This document shows positions 27,758-46,795 of a stretch of DNA of 64,000 nt, one piece after another. Made by a program: the position numbers and the translations under genes. The DNA lies in assembly GCF_009914755.1 (NCBI RefSeq), contig NC_060927.1. The stretch is one strand, 5' to 3'. The stretch's first letter is position 1. Every line of letters starts with the position of its first letter. Below the pieces are notes generated by a model, which was given only the letters and a program-made list of their open reading frames with translations, did not search any database and had not been told where the DNA came from. This DNA is from the human T2T-CHM13v2.0 reference genome, Homo sapiens.

Positions 27758-28034
27758 TTTTTTTTGAGACAGGTTTTCACTCTGTCACTCAGGCTGGATG
27801 CAGTGGCAGATCATGGCTCACTGCAGCGTCAGCCTCCTGGGCTCAGGTAATTCTCCCATCTTAGCCTCCCGAGTAGCTGAGACTACAGGCACACACCACC
27901 ACACGCAGCAGATTTTTTGTATTTTTATTAGAGACAGGGTTTCACCATGTTGCCCAGGCTGGTCTTGAACTCCTGGGTTCAAATGATTCACCCGCCTTGG
28001 CCTCTCAGTGCTGGGATTACTGTGCCTGTCCTAG
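27758..28034 (-). mobile_element. AluJ-type SINE
   Basis: Reverse Alu; tagctacaat on both flanks. Confidence 0.85.
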
Positions 28035-28428
28035 CTACAATCTTATTTGGGGTTGCAAACTCCAGGAATAAAGGAATATTTAGGACTGAAACTCAAGGAC
28101 TGGATTTTAGAGTCCAGAATGTAGTGACTACAGAAAGGAACTTAGCTCGGCAATCAGAGTCACAAGAAATATTTCCAGGGTGTCTTATAATTCCAAGTCT
28201 CATGCTCAGCTGAAGTGTTTGGTCAGAGTAAACTCAGCCAGCTGAGAAGATGATGTTCCCCTAAGTGGAAAGGCAATGTTTCTTCAAATAAACAACTTTC
28301 TTTAACTTTATGAAATTTAGAATTTAGAAAAGTTACAAAGTAAACATATGGTATTAAATGTTAGTTAAAATCCTTATTTTAGGTACTCCTTTTTATTCTT
28401 TTTTTAGAGATGGGGTCTTGTTCTGTCC

Positions 28429-28738
28429 TGTCAAGGAGCAGGTGTCCCTGAGAACCCAAACATTCCAGAGAGTATCTGAGAACCTACCTGGGAAAAAAGT
28501 CCCATAACACACACAGTAGGCAAAGAGCCAGAAAATTAGTTTAAAAGCAGCATAGGGATGGGAGGCAGCATGGGCCTCTAAAGCTGTCCTGCTGCTGTCC
28601 GGGAGTACCTCCTATATAAGTCCTAATAAACTCATCTACTTGCCAAACTGGACTTGTCTGAGTCATTGTTTGGTCTCTTGGCTCCCTCCCAGCTTGGGGG
28701 AAGGTTTTTCTATATGATTCCAGGTTTTTCTCATTACA
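28429..28738 (+). mobile_element. ERVL-class LTR (LTR47-like) flanked by Alu fragments
   Basis: TG...CA ends; taataaactcatctact...ggacttgtctgagtcatt motif; Alu right arm follows at 28739-28893. Confidence 0.55.
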
Positions 28739-29171
28739 GGCATGATAATGCATGCATGTAGTCCTGAGCTACTTGGGAGGCTGAGGCAGGAGGATTGCTT
28801 GAGTCCAGGAGTTTGAGGCTGCCATGAGCTATGACAGCACCACTGTATTCCAGCCTGGACGGTACCTTGCTCAAAAAAAAATAAAAATAAAAAGGCATAT
28901 TAGAGAAACAGATTAGCCTGTGATTCCAATTTAACATATAAATTGTGTAACTGACTTAGATTTGGGATTCAAGATTTAACTCTTACTAAATTTATAACAG
29001 TATTGGACCATTTAAGTGACATTAAGTCTTATTGTATTTATAAATTTAATTATCATGAGACATTTCATTTGAGAAGTTATTTGTAGGAGCTTTTCTTGGG
29101 AAGTTTTGTTATAAGCCAATTGAAGAATTTAAAATGAAAATGAAATTATTATACACTAGTAATAATTTTCA

Positions 29172-29605
29172 TTTGTTTGTTTGTTTGTTTGTTTTGAGAC
29201 AGGGTCTCACTCTGTCACCCAGGCTGGAATGCAGTGAGGCCATATCAGCTCACTACAACCTCCGCCTCCTGGGTTCAAGAGATTCTCCTGCCTCAGCTTC
29301 CTGAGTAGCTGGGATTACAGGCATGCACCACCATACCCGGCTAATTATTTTATTGAGACGGAGTTTCACCATTTGGCCAGGCTGGTCTTGAACTCCTGAC
29401 CTCAAGTGATCTGCCCACCTCAGCCTCTGAAAGTGCTGGGATTACAGATGTGCACCACTGCACCCAGCCATGTTTGTTTGTTTTTTGAGACAGAGTCTCA
29501 CTCTGTTGCCCAGGCTGGAGTGCAGTGGCACAAACATACCTCACTGCACTCCTGGCCTTAAGCAATCCTCCCACCTCAGCCTCCCAGGTAGCTAGGATTA
29601 CAGGT
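29172..29605 (-). mobile_element. AluS (29172-29469) plus adjacent Alu arm (29471-29605)
   Basis: Reverse Alus with (ttgt)n tails. Confidence 0.85.
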
Positions 29606-30004
29606 GTTTATTACATTTATGAACATGATTTAAAAATGATTAAGGGAATTAATTAATTAGATGCTAAAAATTCCCTTAAAAGTTAATATTGCATTTTGGT
29701 AGATTTTATAAACCTACCAAATCAGATCTGGAAATTGAATTTAAAAGTTTAAGGAAGAACTAGGTTTTAAAAATTGCAATAGGTAAAATATGAATTAAAA
29801 AGAACAAACTGGTCTCTGAATAATTTTTCTGTGTGCAAAAAATTGCCATTAAATGCATAAAGTACCCACATTGACAATTTGATGAGAATTGGATGTTTTT
29901 ATTGAGAAATTCCCATATGACAGTATATGTGGGTCATTTCTCTAGATTGTCCAGTTTCCAAGAACAGTCCTTCAATCCCTTGCTTGTGCAAGAATAACCT
30001 GCAG

Positions 30005-30091
30005 CAGGGCTGGCTTCATGGGCCAGCATCCCATGCAGTCTCACAGGGCCCTGCTCTTAGAAGGACCTCACACTTGTTCTAATGCTCTGCT

Positions 30092-30128
<37 letters not shown>

Positions 30129-30337
30129 TTAGAGAAATAGATTAGCCTGTGATTCCAATTTAACATATAAATTGTGTAACTGACTTAGATTTGGGATTCA
30201 AGATTTAACTCTTACTAAATTTATCACAGTATTGGACCATTTAAGAGAAATTTTGCCATCTTGAAAATTTTATTTTAAACAAGGAGCCCTACATTTTTAT
30301 TTTGCACTGGGCCCTGCAAATTCTGTAGCCAGTCTTG
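30005..30337. mobile_element. MER91A-like hAT element interrupted by a ~155-bp duplicated segment
   Basis: cagggctggcttcatggg...aatgctctgc | insert | gccatcttgaaa...gcactgggccctgcaaattctgtagcc; an uninterrupted relative sits at ~57043-57203. Confidence 0.7.
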
Positions 30338-31166
30338 CCCTGTAGTCAGAGTTGTGGCAGCCAAGCAGTAGGAGAGGGCTGGAGTTTCAAAGGTCAGTGT
30401 GCAGACTCTCCCCAGTCCCTGAGTTTTCTCAGTTGCCTCCCTCTCACCCACCAAGTTGTGCCTATTGTCCACCAGTCCGTGGTCTCTCCAGTCCAACTTT
30501 AAAAGATCCACTTTCCTGCCAGGGTCGAGGGGAGGAACTGTCAGCTGGCCATATGGGCTAGAGGAGGAGGAGATGAGGGGAATATCTAGTTCCCCTGCTT
30601 TTGCTAATTCTGTGGTAGGAATTACCTTGCCTTTTTCATTTGTGTTTTTGAGACAGGGTCTCATTCTGTTGCCCAGGCTGGAGTGCAGTGGCATGATCAT
30701 AGCTCACTAAAGCCTTGAACTCCTGGGCTCAAGCGATCCTCCCACCTCAGCCTCCCGAGTAGCTAGGATTACAGATATGCACCACCACACCCAGCCTGAA
30801 TCACCTTGTTTTTGAGGCTTTCTCCCCTGCAGACACTTGCAGAATGGAAAAAGTTGAAATTTAATTACCAATTAGCCTATTCCAAAATTTTGCTGACATC
30901 TCAACTCTAATGTATCTCCTTTCTCATTCTTTGCCCTTATGGATTTATGCCTTTTGTTCCTTTATTTAGGTTTTGGGAGAAACAGGAGAAAATGCAGGTG
31001 TTCAATCTGCCGGGCATGACAAGTGGTCTCAATTTAGCTTCCATAGAAACAAGGACTTTTCTCCTTAGTACTCGATTTTTGTTGCTTTATGTAATACTTA
31101 ATCAAATGATATAATTACAATGACAAGTACAACTGGCATAAATAAGTTTAAGAACAAACCCATTTT

Positions 31167-31489
<323 letters not shown>

Positions 31490-31698
31490 TTAGTGGGGAC
31501 AGAAGTATGCGGGCATTAGTCATTTTACAGAAGGAATGAGAGTTGTGGTTAAGTTGGGCAAGTTGGATTAAATGGAGATTAGTCAACTGAGTTTCTATTT
31601 TAAATAAATGAATATAAGGCATTCATTAAGAGGGTGCATTATTGAAAGTCTAAATGATTTGGCTTCTTGGACAACCAATTTAACTTTAAAGAAGCTAA

Positions 31699-32049
<351 letters not shown>

Positions 32050-32480
32050 TAAGCAAACAACTGCCTTTCTGGGATCAGAGTCTTTTCTGCACTTTGACAT
32101 GGGTAGTATCGAAGAGTCCAGAGTAACCTCCTGACTCTTGGCCCCTGCTCTGTCCTAACTCCCAACAATCCCTGCCTCTGCCTTTATCTCCTAGTGGACT
32201 TTTGAGCTGCTTTGACCTCAAAGACCTTGGTTTGCATGTATGAGTCATACCTTGTGAGGCTCCCTTTCATAGGTACCTGGCTGTCTAGCCTCTAGCCTTT
32301 GGGGAATTCAGGGCAGACTGACTTGTCTTTCTGTTGGCTTCCTCCAATGCAGGATGTTAGCTTCAGTTTCTCTGCTCTACGTCAGTTATCCATTCTTTGT
32401 TTTCCATCTTCCATAATTCTGACATTTTCCATCTATCATCACCTGTATTTGTCTTTATATTTGAAGAGTTTATATCTCTA

Positions 32481-32612
32481 TTTTATTTTATTATTATTAT
32501 ACTTTAAGTTTTAGGGTACATGTGCACAATGTGCAGGTTTGTTACCTTCACAGATGGGAACTGAACAATGAGAACACATGGACACAGGAAGGGGAACATC
32601 ACACACCGGGGA
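32481..32612 (-). mobile_element. Tiny L1PA insertion with 5' inversion
   Basis: L1PA 3' terminus on minus (32481-32545) joined to an upstream L1 3' UTR piece on plus (32546-32612). Confidence 0.8.
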
Positions 32613-33490
32613 CATCTTTTTTAAAAACATTGTTATCCCTTTACTATCAGTTTAATGGAAGTTCTGAGGGGTAGAGAATCACTGCTTCTCTTGAGTAATT
32701 CATGTTTGACTTTCTCTCTACTGTGGTAGGTTCCTATTTCCTAAGCTGATATTTCCTTCATCTCCTGATTCTTCTGAAAACAGGAGTCTCAGTTTTTAGC
32801 TTTCTAGACAATTTGAAAAAGACATCTACTCAGCCTTCAGAGCCCTATTTGTTCTGTGGTTAATATGCAGCCAGAAACAAGTCAATGTAAGTCAGCTTTT
32901 GCAAATATCAATTAGAACTTAGGGGATGTGTCAGGATAAAACTTAAAGTGTAATTAGTTTAAGTCAAGCTAACTCTGGGAAATTTCCTCTTGATAGAAAA
33001 ATAATATTCATAAGGTCAGATGAGCTTTTCTCCTTTGACTGTTAAGAAGGGAATATTTAGGGATTGGAAGTTAAAATTTTCCTTAGAACGAGATTTAGAT
33101 TTGTAACATTTCCTAAACTCACAGCAATTGTTTTTTTGTACAATTGCATGGCACTTTCAGTTTCAAAGATCCTTTTTTTTGGGAGGTGGGTAGAACTTAA
33201 AATAATACCTTCCATCTTTAGTACAGTTGTTAGTGGGGTATTGGTTCCAGGACACCCCCACAGATAACAAAATCTGCAGTTGCTCAAGTCCCTTATATAA
33301 AATGGCATATGTAGTATTTGCATGTAACCTATGCACATTTTCCTGTATGCTTTAAATCATCTCTAGATTACTTATAATACCTAATACAATGCCTACACAT
33401 CACTTCTTTCACATAGATTCAATGTAGTACTAGGTGAACAGCAAATTCAAGTTTTGCTTTTTGGAATTTTGTGGAACTCCCCACCCCCAA

Positions 33491-34362
<872 letters not shown>

Positions 34363-35628
34363 TCCCACCAAATATTTTTCATCTCCAGTTGATTGAATCC
34401 ATAGATTTGGAATGCATGGATACAGAGGGCTGACTGAATATAACTTTTTCACATATTTGGGGTTTTTTTTTTCCTGCAGAAATGTAATCTGTTCTTTCAG
34501 AGTAGAGATTGTTTCTGATACATCTTAGCATCTCTGAGTGCCAGAATGAGGGCGTACCATAAGGTCAGGCACATAGAGCTTGTTTAATCTTTCTATCAAG
34601 CCATGAGTGAGGAACTACTATAACTCTAATTTTATAACTGTGGAAACTGAGGCACAAGCTACACAGCTGTAGTAAGAGGTAGAGGTAAGAGGTAGTAACT
34701 TATTTTACAGAGGGAATGAAAATGGTGGGTAAGTTGGACAAGTTGGTTCCTAGGATAGCACCAAGAGGAACTGACTCCACTGATTAACCAGGTTAGCTGC
34801 CTCCTACCCAAGCACACTGCAGGATTTGCCTTCAGTGACAACATGCAAGGTGCTTTCTGGAGAGGCATATCTGGGACTTCATGGAGCTTGCAGAATCGGT
34901 TGTATGGCTGCTGGCTAATAGGTGTTTGACAAGTTTGGCCTGAGACTATCTTTGAAACATACCACCTGAAGCGTGGTTGTGGAGAAGCCCCATAGCTCAA
35001 TCTTATCTTAACTATTGGAGGCTACTGATACCTGCCTTAAAGATGTTATTAATAATAAATATGAATGACCAAATTGACTTAGGTTAATTTGTAACCTCCT
35101 TCTCCCTTAGTTATCTCCAGCCGAAAGAAATCTAGTCTAAGAGAGTCACAAAATATCTTGTGAAAATTTACCACAGGCCTCAAACAGAGACTCGGGGGAC
35201 TGAAGTCTCTGACATGAAGCGCTTCCTGCAGGGTATAAGCATTTGGAACACGGGTAAGGCCTATGGGCTAAAATCTCCAGCCAGCAGCGGTTAGAAATTC
35301 AATGTTGTCCCCAAGCACTTTAGATCTCCTGAGTGTTTTGAATTCCAGTGGGAAGGGAGTTCTGATAAAAGGCAGCTGAGTTTGGAAGGATTGTAGCCTC
35401 AGGATGGCTCCTCTGCCTTTTGACCCATGGTTGAGGAAATTCTGCCTCAGCAGCCCTGTCTCCCTTTCTGCATCCATCTCATAGTCCCCACTGGTGATCC
35501 CCCATCTCAAGTAGCAAATTCCAAAGACGTTGGAGAATGTTGGCCTTGTTGGTTGTCTCATATCAGAAATAATCTGAGAGTTGCTTGTGAATTGCAGGAC
35601 TATTTAGATTTTGAGGTCAGAAGCATAG

Positions 35629-35945
<317 letters not shown>

Positions 35946-36437
35946 TTAAAATGTCTTTTTATTTTTTAATTAATTTTTTTTAAAGAAATAGAGATGGGGT
36001 CTTGCTATGTTGTGCAGGCTGGTCTTGAACTTCTGGCCTCAAGCGATTCTCCTGCCTTGGCCTCCCAAAGTGCTGGGACTACAGGTGTGTACCACTGTAC
36101 CCAGCCTTTAAAATGTCTTAAAAAGTGAAAAACTATATTTGAATATAAATAAAGAATTAAGAACAACAACACTTGAGTATCGAGACTATATTATCCAATA
36201 CAATTGATGAAACTATAGACCATACTCTCTAGACTTTCACACAAGCTTTTCAGTTTTAATTTCACATAATTTGAAAAGTGATGTACATGTGACTGTCGAG
36301 CATTTGAAATGTAACTCATACAACTGAGGAACTGAATTTTTTATTTTATTTTTTAAAGTAACTTAAATTTAAATAGCCACTTGTGAGTAGTGGCTACCAT
36401 CCTGGTCACCACACATCCAGAACATGGTGATAAGCCT

Positions 36438-36770
36438 GTATCAGGATAGTCTAGGTTATGTTGCAGCCACTGAGAACCCCAAAATCTTGGTGATTTATAA
36501 GAACAAATGTTTATTTCTTGCTTGTGTTATGTCCCCATTTTGGGTTGGCTAGAGACCCAGATGGCTGCAGCAGCCACCATCTCATGTGTTGCCCGTCATT
36601 ATGGAGAGGCTTGTACCAGCACATAAATGCTCTGGTCCCGAGGGTACATACATCACTTCTGGTCACAGCTCACTGACTAGGACTAGTCACATGGCCCCAT
36701 CTAACCAGGAAGCCGAGAGTGAAGCCCTAACTCTGTGCAGAGATCCTTAGCAACAACTGCCACCAACATT
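36438..36770. mobile_element. Old MLT1-type LTR (MER3 fragment at ~36290-36420)
   Basis: tgtatcaggatagtctaggttatgttgcag...tttatttcttgct...actagtcacatggcccca. Confidence 0.5.
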
Positions 36771-37564
36771 AGCCCCCCCTTTCAAATTACAGGAAGGAGT
36801 CCCAAGGGATAAAGAGAGTAGTGCTACTTGTGTTTTCTTGAAAAATGGAGAATTGGGTTTCTCACAACTCAATTATTTATTACCTCCTATGTACTTATTA
36901 GCACAGATTTATCAAAAACAGGTGAGGTGTGGAGCAAAAAGCAAATTTCAAACATTTTAACAAAAATAAAAAATCTTTACATAAATTTAGAGCTGACAAC
37001 AGTCAGCATGTCTTATTAGTTGCATGTAGGAAATATCTTTTAATAAGATATGCAATGCAAGGAACAATCAATGGATTATTTTTTATATGTTTGGGATGAA
37101 AATGAATGGAAGAAAGTATATCTGTTATTTTTCTCAGTGCAGCATATAAATTGTACATTTTTCACTAGCAAGGAATAAAAAGTCATTTTCTTTAAAAATA
37201 ATAAATTGTTAGGGACATTTGTGGATTGTGAGTGTCTTAAAAATGAAAACACTAAATATTTATTAACTGGACAATGGATTGTTTCTTTCCAGACTACATC
37301 AAAGAATCAGAGAATTATCTAGCCCTACATTTAACAGCATGTCTTAAACTCTTTCTAGACCATCCACAATATTGTTTGAACATCTGAAGACATGGGGAAC
37401 TTGCCATCTGATATCTGATAACAGACTTCCTGTAAAGCAGGACTGGTAGTTTCCTGATAACAAATTCTTCAATATGAAGGTATGGATAAAGCATTTGGCT
37501 GCCAATAATGAACTGCACCAAAGTCACCAATTCAAACCATGCCCTGGTAAATAGTATCATCAGT

Positions 37565-37588
37565 GATGATGATGATGATGATGATGAT
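37565..37588. repeat. (GAT)8 microsatellite
   Basis: gatgatgatgatgatgatgatgat. Confidence 0.9.
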
Positions 37589-37649
37589 AATGTCACATGT
37601 TAAAAATGTCATATAGATTTTAGCATCTTGAGGACCTGATACTCTGTAA

Positions 37650-38168
37650 CAGTGGTCCCTAACCTTTTTGGCACCAGGGACCACTTTCATGGAAGACAGT
37701 TTTTCCATGGACCAGGAGAGGGGGTGGTTTTGGGATTATTCAAGCACATTACATGTATTGTGCATTTTATTTCTATTATTATTACATTGTAATAATATAT
37801 TTTATTATAATATAAAATAAGTATACAACTCATCATAATGTAGAATCAGTGGAAGCCCTGAGCTTGTTTTCCTGCAACTAGACTGTCCCATCTAGGGGTG
37901 ATGGGAGACAGTGACAGATCATCAGGTGTTAGATTCTCATAAGGAGCGTGAAACCTAGATCCCTCACATGAGCAGTTCACAATAGAGTTCGTTCCTGAGA
38001 GAACCTGATGCTGCCGCTGATCTGACAGGAGGCAGAGCTCAGGCGGTAATGCGAGCAATGGGGATCGGCTGTAAATATAGATGATGCTTTGCTCACTTGC
38101 CCACTGCTAACCTCCTTATGTGTGACCTGGTTCCTAACAGGCTACTTACCGGGGGTTGGGGACACCTG
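37650..38168. mobile_element. MER1A (hAT-Charlie)
   Basis: TIRs cagtggtccctaacc / ggttggggacacctg; 8-bp TSD ctctgtaa / ctctataa. Confidence 0.85.
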
Positions 38169-38424
38169 CTCTATAAGATATCCTTCTAGAATGATTGATA
38201 TAGTACTAAGCTGATGCTCAAGAGAAATTTTGAACTAAATGTGTAAATTCGGCTACCTATATAAACAAGAACTTCCTAAATCATTCTGTTCCATAGCAAA
38301 ACACAACCACATAAGCCAGTTCTTCACATCTAGGCACCACAGTGTTTGTTTTTCATTTCCAGGATATAGCTGTGTCCTTTACAACTGGTAGCATGGAAAG
38401 AAAGAGAAGTCTGCAAAGATTGAA

Positions 38425-40229
38425 CAAACAGCATGCACTGTGGTATCCTTTATTTAAAAATTGTGAGCTGACTACAGTTGTAGTGTTCTCATTTACCATT
38501 CTGATGGCATAATAAACCAAGAGAACATTAACACAATTCCAAGAAGGCATTAACCTGTAACACACATATACGCCACACATGCACACACACAACATACACG
38601 CACACAAAGGTTATATTCTGAACACAAAAGTGATAGAAAAAAGCTTTGAATGCGCTAAATCAAATAAAAACCCTTTATTATAATAAACTGTGGCAATACT
38701 GTGGCTATCATGAAAAATATTGTAACTATTTTAAAAGCAAAAGGAAAAATACTGGCAGTTTGAAACTAGCAGCAAAAAGCAGATAAAAATAGAATGGAAG
38801 ATAACATAAGACTAATATCAAAATTCTAATGTTGATACTGTGTAGGATTGCACTGAAGTAATTTTAAATTGGTTCTTAAGGAACTCTTAAAAAGTCCCTT
38901 AAAAATATTAAATTGTTGCACCTTACAAACAGTGGAAAAGAAAAAAAAAGTATTTGGAATGTTACACACACACACAGAGGAAATGTATTAGGTCTATCAT
39001 CAATTATGGTCTTTGTTTATGACCTTCAAAAAGCTTTATAAAGAAAAAATTTAAGTGCCAATGTAGTGAAAGAAAGTTAAAAATTCCTAAAGACGCAAGT
39101 CTGAGTGCATTTACCAGGTCTAAGAATATATTTAAAGGTTGGGGGCAAGGCATGATTGATGCACATTTAAGAAGAAAAATATGGAACCCATAAGGTAGGT
39201 CAAGTTCTTTGGAGAGTGTTGAGAATGAAGATGTATTAAACTCTGGCTATCTTGGAGGAGATTCCAAAGTACATGGAGTTCTCCAGCTCTTTATCAGTTG
39301 AAATCTGTTTCATCGTGGCCAATAGATAATTAAGACTAACTTTTCAGCAAACTGATTTCTCCTATATTCAAACACAAAAATCTTTACCACACGTTCAGAG
39401 CTGATATTCTATAACAGCACAAATAAGAATCCTGGTTTACAAAGGAAACCACATTAGCAAGGATTTTTTTTTTTCCCATGGGTTCTTAACCAAATGTCTG
39501 AAGCTGCTAGACATCTGCAAAGAGGGGATAAGTTTAGATTTCCTACTGATTTTGGAAGAAAAATATTTTCCTAAGGAAGCCAGAGTCATCCATGAGCAGG
39601 GACCTGTCTTCAGAATCGAAGAAGCATAATGTCCTTAATGCTTACACTCATGACAAGTTGAGAGTCAGCAAAACTGGCAGGTGGAAGGGGAAAGAGAAAT
39701 GGAGAGTTTGAACATCTGCAGTGTACTTTGGAATAAAGTGGCTCAACTGCTTTCAGAAATGAATTGCTGGAGTACTGGGAGAAAACCCAGTTCTCTAGAG
39801 TCAGGGGGTGGGGAGAGAGAGGCCTCCCATCCCCAGGAACCCTCTGGGCTGAGCTGTGGCCCAGAACTCTTGTTTTGGCCTTATTTTTCATGAGCGCATT
39901 CAAGTGGAGAATTTATGACTTTGCCCAGATAAATATTTGGTTTGGTTACTTTCTCTCTAAAATCAATTGGTCAGTCAAGTTACTGGTGATTTCCCTAAAT
40001 GAAATCTAGCTGCACTAGTATCTTAAGGTGCCAACTAACATAGATTAATGCCCATCAATAACGCTGCTAGGTATCAACTGCTGTTTCTGAAGAATCAACC
40101 CACAAATGACCTAACCGATAATCTATCACACTAGGTGCTTTTACTATCTTGAGTTTTTTTTTTTTTTTTGAGTTTTAGAGAAATAGTCCTTTTAATATGA
40201 CTTAGAAACTGCTTTTCTCTGGCTTTGTT
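38425..40229 (-). other. MYLK: MYLK/telokin 3' UTR, main form ~1.8 kb
   Basis: Largely repeat-free AT-rich stretch from the stop codon to AATAAA at 38449-38454, followed by a GU/U-rich downstream element (tgtttgttcaatcttt). Confidence 0.75.
38449..38454 (-). terminator. Polyadenylation signal AATAAA (MYLK)
   Basis: tttatt on the plus strand with a GU-rich tract ~20-40 nt downstream on the minus strand; further minus-strand AATAAA at 38674, 37259 and 36876. Confidence 0.7.
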
Positions 40230-46420
<6,191 letters not shown>

Positions 46421-46754
46421 AGAGGACAGTCTTCCAATGGCTCTCACAGCATTGCCCGTTTTCTGGAAAATAGACACGAGGGTTGGACTCAGGCGTTGTC
46501 CCTGGTTCCAGCTGGGTAGTGCGAGGGGCTGCAGGGAGTAGAGCCCAGCCCCAGAGAAGCAGCTGTTCCCTGGAACAAGGACCTCCTGAGAGCCGAGGTT
46601 CTGCCAGAGGAGCGAACCCAACCTTGCTCTGCTCAGCACTGTCAGTGTGTCAGAAGATGTTCAGAGAATGGAATGGGGCCTGGAACTGATGTGTGCGTTA
46701 ATGTGACTAAACAAGGTCAACATGAGACAAAAACCCTTTTCATACAGTGCTTCA

Positions 46755-46795
46755 ACTCCCATAAAAGGGATGGTTTATATAAAGCAACTGCAGGC
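46755..46795 (-). promoter_or_regulatory. Telokin smooth-muscle core promoter: E-box, AT-rich element and CArG box
   Basis: Minus strand reads CTGCAGTTGCTTTATATAAACCATCCCTTTTATGGGAG: E-box CAGTTG 46785-46790, TTTATATAAA 46774-46783, perfect CArG CC(A/T)6GG 46759-46768; matches the recalled telokin AT/CArG core. Confidence 0.9.

Noticed and set aside
37315-39903. 93-aa and 97-aa minus-strand ORFs in or beyond the MYLK 3' UTR
   Set aside because: No domain similarity, one includes a microsatellite-derived poly-Ser, and lengths are within chance expectation.
40155-40169. A15 run on the MYLK mRNA strand ~60 nt after the stop codon
   Set aside because: Genomic homopolymer with no upstream AATAAA; a likely oligo-dT internal-priming site, not a true 3' end or retrocopy tail.
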